NCBI GenBank assembly: GCA_938091905.1 | Contig: CALKOM010000064.1 | Coordinates: 1-28,837 of the forward strand | DNA length: 28,837 nucleotides | DNA from: an uncultured Verrucomicrobiales bacterium | GTDB taxonomy: Bacteria > Verrucomicrobiota > Verrucomicrobiia > Verrucomicrobiales > DEV007 | Direction: 5' to 3' | Part shown: positions 17,159 through 25,621 of the stretch, in pieces | Numbering within the stretch: the stretch's first letter is position 1 | Layout: each line of letters begins with the position of its first letter | Program-made: the position numbers and the translations under genes | The notes under the pieces: model-generated | Database searches by the model: none | The model's input: the letters and a program-made list of their open reading frames with translations, nothing else | What the model was told of the DNA's origin: nothing

Positions 17159-18892
17159 TTACTGGCCTCCTCGTGGGCTCCCGCCGCCCCCGCCGCTGAA
17201 GGCCTTCTTCATTGCCTCCTTCTCGGAGTCGCTGAGGGTGCCATCGCCATCCGTATCAAATCGTTTCATCATCTTGGCGCGTTGGTCGCCACCACCTCTC
17301 GGTCGTTTGCCTCCGTCTTCACCAGCATTTGAGGGGCTCTTCCCGCCCTGCTTTGGCTGTTCTGCTGGGGCTTCTTTGGGTAGGTCGAGGCCCTCGGTTT
17401 CTTCTAACACACCACCATCAAGAGCGACTTCCTCCGATACGGGTGGCGCGAGCATGATACGGTCACCTTCTTTTAAACCCGATTTGATCTCGATATAGCT
17501 GCTATTGAACATGCCGATTTCCACCGGAACTGGTTCGGGACCACCAAGGCGTTTCGCGTAGCATACTTGCTGACCTTTGAGTGTGGTTACCGCTTGGATG
17601 GGCACCGTGATGACATCCTGAAGATTGGCCACGACAATCTCAGCTCTCGCTGACACGCCTGGTTTCACATCGGGCAGCGGGTCGGTAATGACAACTTCCG
17701 TAGTGTAGACCTTTAGGTTTGGGTTGCCCCATCGGCTTTGTGCATCTGGTAGAATGGCTACTTTGGTCACCTCGCCCCTGAAACGTTCGTCGGGAAGTGA
17801 ATCGAGAACCACAAAGGCTGGTAGCCCCGCGCGAACATTGCCGACATGGGACTCGTGAACCTTTAGGGAAACCTGCATTTTGGAAGTGTCTGGGATCTTG
17901 ATCAGTTCCTGTCGCTTGCGGACTTGTGCCCCTTCTTCGATCATGGATTCACTGCTGTAACGGCTATTCGACATGGCATAGACGGCTAGTCCGTCCTGAG
18001 GAGCATACACCTTGGTGTGGGTGAGCTGCTCTTTCATATTGGCCAATTTTTCTTCGTTCAGTTTGAGTGTGGCTTCAGCGGAATTCTTGTCGGCTTGGGC
18101 CTGAGCGATCTTGCTTTCGCCTTGTTTGATCACACGCTCGAGTTCACGCCCAGCTTCTTGGAGGAGGGACTTGAACTCTGCTTCTGCTTTGACGAGTTCA
18201 TATTCTTTGAGCATCTTGTGTGTGCTCCTCTTACCCTCGAGTTCATTCTCGCTCTCCCTCACTTTGAGGCTGTCACTGTCGACCTTTGCAGTCGTCTCAA
18301 AACCTTTCTCGGCCAACTTCTGCGTCCAGTTGAAGGTGTCTTTATCGAGGGCGAGCGCTTGTTCAGTCGTTCCAATGTCAAGCTCAGCAGTGCGCAACTG
18401 CTGGTCGCGATCGAGCTCATCAAATTTTTCCAAATCCATTCTTGCGAATGTCTCCGCCAACTCGGCCGCTCGTGTTTCACTATCCACGGTGCTCTTCATG
18501 ATCTCGAGATCATTATCAGCAGTGACGAAGGCGGCGCTGCTCGTTTCGTATGTGATCTGTTGGTCCTTCAATTCTTCTTCTGCCTCGGCGGCATCAAGCT
18601 CGACAATGAGGTCGCCCTCTTTCACGTAGGTGCCTTCGGGAATGATGAATATGACGCGAGAATCACCGTCGACCTGATTGCGGACGACGACTTCATTGAC
18701 AGCCTCCAAGTTTCCTCCTTCGACAATAGACACGAGAAAATTACTGCGTTTGGCTTCATGATAGACCGCAGTATCATCGGTGGTGCCACCGCGCAGGAGC
18801 ATCACGCAGAGTAGGACGGCTAGCACAAGTGCGATGCCCGAGAGTTTTGGATGGCCTCGAAAGGTGCTGAGGAGGAGCTTGAATAGTTTCAT
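17159..18892 (-). CDS. Efflux membrane fusion (periplasmic adaptor, MacA-like) protein with long coiled coil and C-terminal EF-hand-like motif
   Basis: N-terminal TM helix, lipoyl-like halves (PEGTYVKEGDLIVELD; VYAPQDG), long alpha-hairpin, KPGVSA, VPIQAV, GLKEGDRI, and tail FDTDGDGTLSDSEKEA. ATG at 18892 chosen as start. Confidence 0.9.
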   Translation of the reverse strand: MKLFKLLLSTFRGHPKLSGIALVLAVLLCVMLLRGGTTDDTAVYHEAKRSNFLVSIVEGGNLEAVNEVVVRNQVDGDSRVIFIIPEGTYVKEGDLIVELDAAEAEEELKDQQITYETSSAAFVTADNDLEIMKSTVDSETRAAELAETFARMDLEKFDELDRDQQLRTAELDIGTTEQALALDKDTFNWTQKLAEKGFETTAKVDSDSLKVRESENELEGKRSTHKMLKEYELVKAEAEFKSLLQEAGRELERVIKQGESKIAQAQADKNSAEATLKLNEEKLANMKEQLTHTKVYAPQDGLAVYAMSNSRYSSESMIEEGAQVRKRQELIKIPDTSKMQVSLKVHESHVGNVRAGLPAFVVLDSLPDERFRGEVTKVAILPDAQSRWGNPNLKVYTTEVVITDPLPDVKPGVSARAEIVVANLQDVITVPIQAVTTLKGQQVCYAKRLGGPEPVPVEIGMFNSSYIEIKSGLKEGDRIMLAPPVSEEVALDGGVLEETEGLDLPKEAPAEQPKQGGKSPSNAGEDGGKRPRGGGDQRAKMMKRFDTDGDGTLSDSEKEAMKKAFSGGGGGSPRGGQ

Positions 18893-18948
18893 GAGTCTCA
18901 GTAGGTATATTCGTTCAGTAGGAGTGAGCAAATCCCTGACGCCATTGG

Positions 18949-20673
18949 TCAGTCGGCAAAGACCTCCTCGGGGGTGGGGACTTGGTTTCTGCTCGTTTCG
19001 GTAGGGGCTTCAGTGACTGTAGGCGCGGATCGCCATTTGGAGAGATCCACTTTTACGGCATCTCCTCTGAGCCAGAACGTCTCTTCATCGGTAGCTAGGA
19101 TACCGAGGTTGGTGAGCAGGCCAAGCCTAGCTTCGAGATAGTCGACGAGGGCACCGGTTACGGCATTCTGTGCATCGATCAGGTCATCCTGGGAATCGCT
19201 GAGGCTTTGGAAGGTGATGGTACCTGCCTTTAGCCGGAGTTCGTTGCCTTCCACGCTGTTCTCGGCGAGAGTGACGGCGTTTTTTTGGATTTGGTAGCTC
19301 TTGCGGAGCTGTTCTAGTTGGCGAATGTCCCGATCAATTTGATTACGGACCTCGTCGAAATTGAGACCTAGCCGACGGATCGCCGACTCAAAGCTGATCA
19401 ACGTGGAGCGATACTGATTGCGCTCACGTAAACGGTCTAACGGAAGATTTAATTGCACGCCCACGTTAGCGCGCACGTTGTTGAAGTTGAATTTCTCATA
19501 CTCGGTCGGACCTTCATCGTTCTCGACAGTGGTGTCGGCAAAGATGTTAAGGTCCGCCTTGAGCTGGTCGGCTGCGATGGCGACCTGACGTTTGCTGTCT
19601 TCGTAGCGGTCGACTTCGTTGAGTAAGGGTAAACGGTGCTTCAGAGCGATGCGAAAGCCATCAGCTTTGTTGAGAGAGAGTTCTACAAGGCCAGCATCAC
19701 GAAGTTTCACCATCTCGCTGTCATCGAGCCGGAGATCGACCGTTTGCGGTAACCCTAGCGCAATCTTAAAGCGATCCAGAGCATTGCGAAAACTAGTAAT
19801 CGAATTGAGGTAACTATCTTTTGCCTGAAGCTCGCGTTGCTCAGAATCAGCCACTTCTTCCGGCTTTGCGCGGTCGACGGCACGCGCACGAAGGTAATCT
19901 GTCGAGGCTTTAATGGAGAGGTAGTTGTTATACCGATTGAAGATGACGTCTTTCACCTGCAAGAGGCGGAAGTATTCCATTAGGATGTCCACGCTGAAGG
20001 TATTTTGAAAGTGTGCGAAATCTCGCACGCCGTAGAAGACGTTGCGGTGCGATTGCTTGAGACGCTCGCCAGCAATCTTTCGACCTGCTCCGCGAAGGAG
20101 GGGTTGCATGATATCTAAGCTAATGACAGAGGCGGCAGACTCTCGGGGGTCCCCTGTGTAGTAACGTAAAAGGTCGTTGGCGATGGCGACGCCAATATTT
20201 GCGCCAGTGAGCAAGGCTTGGCTGACTCCAATATCAGAATTTACAGTGCCTCGTTGTTCGCCATCAATGAGCCGAGACCGTGTGCCGCGAGAGTTGGCGA
20301 AGAACTGGGGGAAGAAATTGTGCTTCTCGCCGGTGAGGTTGAGTGCGGTGAGGTAGAGAGATTCTTTCTCTGACTGAAACTCGCGGCTGTGGGTCACCGC
20401 GTAGTCGAGTGCTTTGTCGATGGGTAAGACTAGAGTCTTGTTTGTTGAACGTGCATCTAGGATATCCTGCGCAGCCACGTCGTTGGGCTTCTTTCCGGAG
20501 TGCTTCGTGTCGATGCTGAACTCGCTCGACGTTCCGAAGATGTCTTCTTCGACCTGCTGGAGAATCTCATAGACGTCCTTATCAGCCTTTTTCCGGTAAA
20601 AACCGGTGGTGCATCCCACCATCGCGAAGCTTCCGGCGATGAGAATTGCTGTGGAGTATTTCTTCGAAAACAT
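18949..20673 (-). CDS. TolC-family outer-membrane efflux lipoprotein
   Basis: ATG at 20673 gives MFSKKYSTAILIAGSFAMVG-C (lipobox). Motifs QPLLRGAG, GVQLNLPLDR, helical heptad regions and AGTIT..L.DSQDDL..AQ are present. It lies directly upstream of the adaptor and ABC genes. Confidence 0.88.
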   Translation of the reverse strand: MFSKKYSTAILIAGSFAMVGCTTGFYRKKADKDVYEILQQVEEDIFGTSSEFSIDTKHSGKKPNDVAAQDILDARSTNKTLVLPIDKALDYAVTHSREFQSEKESLYLTALNLTGEKHNFFPQFFANSRGTRSRLIDGEQRGTVNSDIGVSQALLTGANIGVAIANDLLRYYTGDPRESAASVISLDIMQPLLRGAGRKIAGERLKQSHRNVFYGVRDFAHFQNTFSVDILMEYFRLLQVKDVIFNRYNNYLSIKASTDYLRARAVDRAKPEEVADSEQRELQAKDSYLNSITSFRNALDRFKIALGLPQTVDLRLDDSEMVKLRDAGLVELSLNKADGFRIALKHRLPLLNEVDRYEDSKRQVAIAADQLKADLNIFADTTVENDEGPTEYEKFNFNNVRANVGVQLNLPLDRLRERNQYRSTLISFESAIRRLGLNFDEVRNQIDRDIRQLEQLRKSYQIQKNAVTLAENSVEGNELRLKAGTITFQSLSDSQDDLIDAQNAVTGALVDYLEARLGLLTNLGILATDEETFWLRGDAVKVDLSKWRSAPTVTEAPTETSRNQVPTPEEVFAD

Positions 20674-20723
20674 GGATACGTTACAAGATCGATTCCTCGG
20701 ATCAGTTGCGGATTCGCAAAGAA

Positions 20724-22076
20724 TTACTGAATAAATGCGTAGAAGCACTTAATGAAGCCGCTCGCAAAGTCCTGAGGCCGCTGTGTTATCCATTTTTCGA
20801 TAAACTCGAGACTGAAATAGCCTCCCGTTTCGATTTCGCTTGCTGGGTAGCGCAAGCGTTTCGGAGCCTTTGCCCGATACAGTTTCACATGTTCCCAGCC
20901 GGTTGCTTGGCTCGGCGGCAACGTAGCGAGGTATTCGGGCACTTGCCCCGAGATTCCGAGTTCTTCCTCGATTTCTCGCACCACCGCCGTGTCGTAGTCC
21001 TCACCAGCATCGAGGTGACCTGAGGCGGAAGAATCCCACACTGAGGGATGGGCATCTTTTAGATGAGACCTCTTTTGGAGGAAGAGTTCACCTGCTTTAT
21101 TAAAGACGAAGACATGGATCGCGCGATGGAGCCAGCCATTGGCATGGACATCTTGGCGTGTTTCTTGGCGAAGAACCTGATCTGCTTCATCGACGACGTC
21201 GAAGAGTTCATCGCCCATCTGTGGATTGTCCTTGAGAGGGTGATCGTCGGCCATGCGGGCGAGTTCGATCCATTGTTCGAGGGTGAGCTCTTCAGCGCGG
21301 GCGGCTGGATTGAGACCAAGCGTGTCGACGGCCGCTTCCCAATTGAGGCCAGAGCTTGAAAGAACGTTTTTCAACTGCTTGCGGCGCTGGGAGAACCCTT
21401 GGCGAACGAGCCGATCAAAGGTCGCATGATCAAAGGTGGGCAATTCGCTTGGCTTTCGACGCTCGAGAGCGATGACCGAGGAGTCTACCTGGGGGCGCGG
21501 ATAGAAGGCTGCCGGACCGACAGATTTCAGCATGCGCGCCCTCCAATAGGCCTGAATTCGCAACGAGAAGGCTCCGTAGTCCTTTGTCCGTGGCTTTGCC
21601 ACGACGCGTTCGGCGACCTCTTTCTGCAGCATGAAGACGGCTCGCGAGAAGGGAGAGGGTGGCATCAGGTAGTGAATCATGATGTGACCGCCACAGGAGT
21701 AGGGGAGATTTCCGAGGAGCCCGACGGGCTGTTCGGCGAAGAGGAAACGGGCATCGTGTTTGACGGCGTCCTCATGGGCGACGGTGACGTTTGGGGTGTC
21801 TGCGAAGTGCGCGACTAGGTAGTTCGCGAGACGTTCGTCGAATTCTACGAGCCAAGTCTTGACCCCGGATTCAGCTAAAATCTCGCTCATGGCGCCTGTC
21901 CCAGGGCCAACTTCAAGAACGGAATCGCCTTCTTCGAGTTCCAGCTGACCAACAATCCACCGTGAGATGTTGTCATCGATGAGGAAATTCTGACCGAGTT
22001 TTTTGCTGGGACGCACTCGAAGACGCTCTAGAAGAGGCCTTAGCGTATTAGTGGACATGATTATCGGAGAGTCCAT
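20724..22076 (-). CDS. rsmA: 16S rRNA (A1518/A1519) dimethyltransferase RsmA/KsgA fused to a C-terminal Nudix hydrolase domain
   Basis: KKLGQNFL, VLEVGPGTG, GNLPY, MLQKEVAER, FYPRPQVDS, FSQRRKQL, RAEEL; then the Nudix box GHLDAGEDYDTAVVREIEEELGI (GX5EX7REUXEEXGU). The start could be 22058. Confidence 0.93.
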   Translation of the reverse strand: MDSPIIMSTNTLRPLLERLRVRPSKKLGQNFLIDDNISRWIVGQLELEEGDSVLEVGPGTGAMSEILAESGVKTWLVEFDERLANYLVAHFADTPNVTVAHEDAVKHDARFLFAEQPVGLLGNLPYSCGGHIMIHYLMPPSPFSRAVFMLQKEVAERVVAKPRTKDYGAFSLRIQAYWRARMLKSVGPAAFYPRPQVDSSVIALERRKPSELPTFDHATFDRLVRQGFSQRRKQLKNVLSSSGLNWEAAVDTLGLNPAARAEELTLEQWIELARMADDHPLKDNPQMGDELFDVVDEADQVLRQETRQDVHANGWLHRAIHVFVFNKAGELFLQKRSHLKDAHPSVWDSSASGHLDAGEDYDTAVVREIEEELGISGQVPEYLATLPPSQATGWEHVKLYRAKAPKRLRYPASEIETGGYFSLEFIEKWITQRPQDFASGFIKCFYAFIQ

Positions 22077-22276
22077 TCACTACCAATCGGCTGCAAGCGC
22101 TAAGACAAACTACTAAACCTCAGGTTAGATTGTGGTTTTTATAGTGAGCGTGATAAAGGGGCTATGTCAAAATTGAGAAACTCTTGTTTCTGGAATTTAG
22201 TGTTTGATAAAGTCTGCAATTTAATTTATAAAAGTTCAAATCCAGCATTACTGAAATTGTTTTTATTTTAATTCTT

Positions 22277-22993
22277 ATGAAAAACCTATTGAGGTTATCA
22301 AGGCGGGGCTTTGCAGCACTCGTTTTGGCGACGGCCAGCGCTCAGGCTGTCGTGACCATCACTCTGGATGACTACCGCGATACGTTGCCGCCTGGGCTTC
22401 CTCAAGGCGATCTGGTAGTGAACAGCCTCAATCCAATGGCAAGTTCAACTCAGATGCTTACAGTGCCATCAGTTGCTGGTGGATATCGAACGATCTCACT
22501 GGATTATGTGAGCGGCCCTTCAAACGCGTCAGTATCGACCCTGATTGCCCCAGGAAGGTTGAGCTTCAGTGGTGGACCTGGTGGTTTCGGTGGAACTCCT
22601 GGTACTGTGGCCACACTCTTAGCCGACTACGATCTGGTGGCTCCCATCGATTTCACGGCTGGAGGCGGTTACACTTTCTTGATCGATATCTTTTCTCGCG
22701 ACCCTGCGGTTGCTGCTGAGATTGTCATGAGCGTTGCTTCAGGCGCTGGAACCTCAATGGCTTCTGTGCCATTCACGCAAAGTGGAACCACTCAATCCAT
22801 CCCTTTCACAGCCTTTGCGGGTGTAGACTTCACTGATGTGACTGGCTACTCCATCACCATCAACCCAGAGCCAGCGTTTGATGGTTCCATCCGTCTGATT
22901 GGTGTGTGGAGTGCTGGTGTTCCAGAGCCAAGCGGCAGTGTGGCGCTTCTTGCCATCCTGGCAGGCGTCGTTGTTCGCCGACGGCGCAGCTAG
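22277..22993 (+). CDS. PEP-CTERM sorting-domain surface protein
   Basis: Signal peptide ending ASAQA; Gly/Ser/Thr-rich body; C-terminal VPEPS, hydrophobic helix and RRRRS. Confidence 0.92.
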   Translation: MKNLLRLSRRGFAALVLATASAQAVVTITLDDYRDTLPPGLPQGDLVVNSLNPMASSTQMLTVPSVAGGYRTISLDYVSGPSNASVSTLIAPGRLSFSGGPGGFGGTPGTVATLLADYDLVAPIDFTAGGGYTFLIDIFSRDPAVAAEIVMSVASGAGTSMASVPFTQSGTTQSIPFTAFAGVDFTDVTGYSITINPEPAFDGSIRLIGVWSAGVPEPSGSVALLAILAGVVVRRRRS

Positions 22994-23025
22994 ACAGCGT
23001 TCCTGCCTCATTGAGTTCGATTTCG

Positions 23026-23060
23026 AGAAAGGCACCCTTCGCTGGGGGTGCCTTTCTTTG
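23026..23060 (+). terminator. Rho-independent terminator after the PEP-CTERM gene
   Basis: Perfect 12-bp inverted repeat AGAAAGGCACCC (23026-23037) / GGGTGCCTTTCT (23046-23057) ending in a T-rich tail. Confidence 0.85.
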
Positions 23061-23148
23061 TCTTGGGTGGGTTACGGATGTCTTTACATCTTGATACCCA
23101 ATTTGTGTTTAACCTCCTGACGATCTTGGGGTAGGCTGAGGAAATATT

Positions 23149-24495
23149 ATGAACGCGAAATACATTCTCGGATTGCTACTTACCGCTGGAGCGGCCTTTG
23201 GTCTGGGCTGGGTCGCTAAGCCCAACAATGATTCTGCTGGCGGCGCTGGTGCTGATAGCGCTGGGCTTTCTGCCAATGGCGGTTCTCTTGTCCCAGGGCC
23301 GATTCGCTCAGCCGAGCAGGTCGCGGCTGATCGTGCTATCGAGGCGGCAGCTGCCACTGAGGAACCGTTCATTACCAAGTATCTGAAGAATGGCGTGCTC
23401 ACTCCGAAGACGATGGCGCGTGCGATGGAGGAACTGCTAAACGAATCTGACCCCATCAAGATGAATCAGATGATGGCGGAGTTACTGGGCAGGATGACCA
23501 AGGAAACAGCGCCAGTTGCGATGGCTGCGATTCAGAAGCTTGGCACTCGTGACCCTAGTCAGTTTTATCTCACTAGCTTATTCGCAAATTCATGGGGGCG
23601 CCTTGATGGTGAGAAGGCGTTAGAATTTACACAGGGGCAGTCGGGAAGAATGTCTGGTATGAGCACAGCATCCGCGCTATCAGGATGGGCTCTTGAGTCA
23701 CCAGAGGAGGCGATGACTTGGTTGGATGGCCAGGAGGATAACACTCAAAAGATGTTCTATACAGCGGGCCTGATCAATGGTTTGGCCAAGAGTGATCCTG
23801 AGAGCGCAACAGAATATTTGGAGAAAGTGCCAGGAGATAATCGTATGAAAGGCCGCTACGTGGAGATCATAGCTACTGAGCAGATGAAGAAAGGGATCAT
23901 GGAGGCGACGTCTTGGGCGGACGGGCTTAAGGATGATGGTCTAAAGAGTGAAGCGTTTGAAGATCTTGCCAATCGTTATAGCCAGGAGGATCCTGCCAAA
24001 GCTGCAGATTGGATCTCAGGCAGGGTGGATGAACCTTGGGCCAAGGATGCAATCGCGGAGGTCGCAGATGAGTGGGCGGAGAGGGATCCTGCTGCTGCAG
24101 TCGAGTGGGCCAACGGACTATCTGGTGATGCACAGAACGATGCCATGTCGGCCGCTCTGGAGGAGTGGACTGAGTCCGATCCTGCTCAAGCGAGTGAATA
24201 TCTCGCCGAGATGGAAGCATCTAGTGTGAAGGACAGTGCGATCGTGGGTTTCACGGAGCGGCTCTCAAGAGAAGATCCCGAGTCGGCGGTCACGTGGGCC
24301 GCTACGATAGGAGATGAGGCGATACGTAACGAAGCTCTAACGGATGCTGCGCGTAGCTGGTACCGACAAGATCAAGAGGCTGCTGCAGCATGGCTAGAAT
24401 CGAGCACGCTGAATGAGGAAGCTCGAGCCAAGGTGGTCGAACCCGCCAATCAACGTGGAGACTTCATGCGCCGCTTTGGAGGTGGAGATCGCTAA
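23149..24495 (+). CDS. Membrane-anchored/secreted helical (HEAT-like) WxxxDPxxAxxW repeat protein
   Basis: N-terminal hydrophobic segment; tandem ~30-aa repeats including WALESPEEAMTW, YSQEDPAKAADW, WAERDPAAAVEW, WTESDPAQASEY, LSREDPESAVTW and WYRQDQEAAAAW. Confidence 0.85.
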   Translation: MNAKYILGLLLTAGAAFGLGWVAKPNNDSAGGAGADSAGLSANGGSLVPGPIRSAEQVAADRAIEAAAATEEPFITKYLKNGVLTPKTMARAMEELLNESDPIKMNQMMAELLGRMTKETAPVAMAAIQKLGTRDPSQFYLTSLFANSWGRLDGEKALEFTQGQSGRMSGMSTASALSGWALESPEEAMTWLDGQEDNTQKMFYTAGLINGLAKSDPESATEYLEKVPGDNRMKGRYVEIIATEQMKKGIMEATSWADGLKDDGLKSEAFEDLANRYSQEDPAKAADWISGRVDEPWAKDAIAEVADEWAERDPAAAVEWANGLSGDAQNDAMSAALEEWTESDPAQASEYLAEMEASSVKDSAIVGFTERLSREDPESAVTWAATIGDEAIRNEALTDAARSWYRQDQEAAAAWLESSTLNEEARAKVVEPANQRGDFMRRFGGGDR

Positions 24496-24547
24496 CTAAC
24501 AATGACCTTTCAGTGTTCTATTCTTTAACATTTGTACCCCTGATTTT

Positions 24548-25591
24548 ATGAAATTATTTCTATCCCTTGCCCTCTGTATGGTTGGAAGTCTTGTCGCTGA
24601 CGAGTTTCCTATCGAAGGAACCTGGAACGCGGTGACGACCCTTCCTAGCGACGAAGAGCGCCCAGCAACTGTCGTTCTGACCAAGAAAGATGAGAAGTAC
24701 GAGGGGGTGGTGTCGACCTCGAATGGTGAGAGTTCGCTCAAGGAGATTAAGATTTCCAAAGAGTCCGTGAGCTTTGCTATCGATTTCGATTATAACGGAG
24801 TTCCACTCACGTTTACCGTAACGGCAAAGCCTGAAGGAGAGGACTCGTTGAAAGGGGGCTGGGTGGCCGTCGGAGAGGATGGCGGCGAGCTTGCGACTGG
24901 TGATTGGGAAGCGGATCGGGTGATTCCCGAAGTGAGTCCGTTAGCGGGTGACTGGAAAGCCACTGCTGAAGATCCTGATGGCAATGAGTTGGCCTTTGAT
25001 GTGGCGATCGCAGAAGCCGAAGGGAAATTCTCTGGGACGATAAACTCGGACGACGGTAGTTTGACCATGAAGACCGTGTCGTTCGAGGATGGCGAAGCTA
25101 AGATTGAAATAGGCTTTCCCTATGATGGCCAGCTGTATCCGGTGACGATCACGGCTAAGATTGAAGATTATAAGATGTCCGGTAATTGGGTCGCCTTGAA
25201 CTCAGATGGCGATGAAGAAGCAAGTGGTATTTGGAAAGCCGTGCGTCCAGGTGCGCCAACGGTTGAGGGTGCTTGGGATGTCACTGCGACGATGCCGGAT
25301 GAAGCCGAATACAAGGCTATCTACTATTTCGAATCTGGTGATGATCCCGCGTGGAAGGGTAAGGTGGTTTCGGAGAGTGGCGAGTTAGCCTTCGACAAAG
25401 TGGAGGTTGAAGACGGCGAGTTGGTTGTTGATATGGAGCTTCCATATGATGGTGAGACGGTTGAAGTGCGGGTAAAAGCGAAGATGTCGAAAGATGGAAA
25501 GTCGCTTGTGGGCAATTGGGTTGCCTTTGATGGGAGCGGCCAGGAAGCGGCGAAAGGGGCCATGAAAGGCTATCGGAAAACCGAATCCTAG
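24548..25591 (+). CDS. Secreted acidic protein with three ~105-aa beta-barrel-like repeats
   Basis: Signal peptide; repeats begin IEGTW, LAGDW and VEGAW, and each contains Y(N/D)G and G.WVA....G.E.A.G, ending WEADR, WKAVR and MKGYR. Confidence 0.85.
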   Translation: MKLFLSLALCMVGSLVADEFPIEGTWNAVTTLPSDEERPATVVLTKKDEKYEGVVSTSNGESSLKEIKISKESVSFAIDFDYNGVPLTFTVTAKPEGEDSLKGGWVAVGEDGGELATGDWEADRVIPEVSPLAGDWKATAEDPDGNELAFDVAIAEAEGKFSGTINSDDGSLTMKTVSFEDGEAKIEIGFPYDGQLYPVTITAKIEDYKMSGNWVALNSDGDEEASGIWKAVRPGAPTVEGAWDVTATMPDEAEYKAIYYFESGDDPAWKGKVVSESGELAFDKVEVEDGELVVDMELPYDGETVEVRVKAKMSKDGKSLVGNWVAFDGSGQEAAKGAMKGYRKTES

Positions 25592-25621
25592 ACAGTCGAC
25601 ATTACTGCACTACGCTCACGC

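Noticed and set aside
18017..18814. 265-aa plus-strand ORF and similar antisense ORFs (15845-16402, 9427-9930, 11650-12141, 27561-28025)
   Set aside because: They are shadows of well-supported genes on the opposite strand and have no recognisable motifs.
22190..22210. Sigma54 -24/-12 promoter before the PEP-CTERM gene
   Set aside because: There is no GC dinucleotide at the required distance from the GG of TGGAAT.
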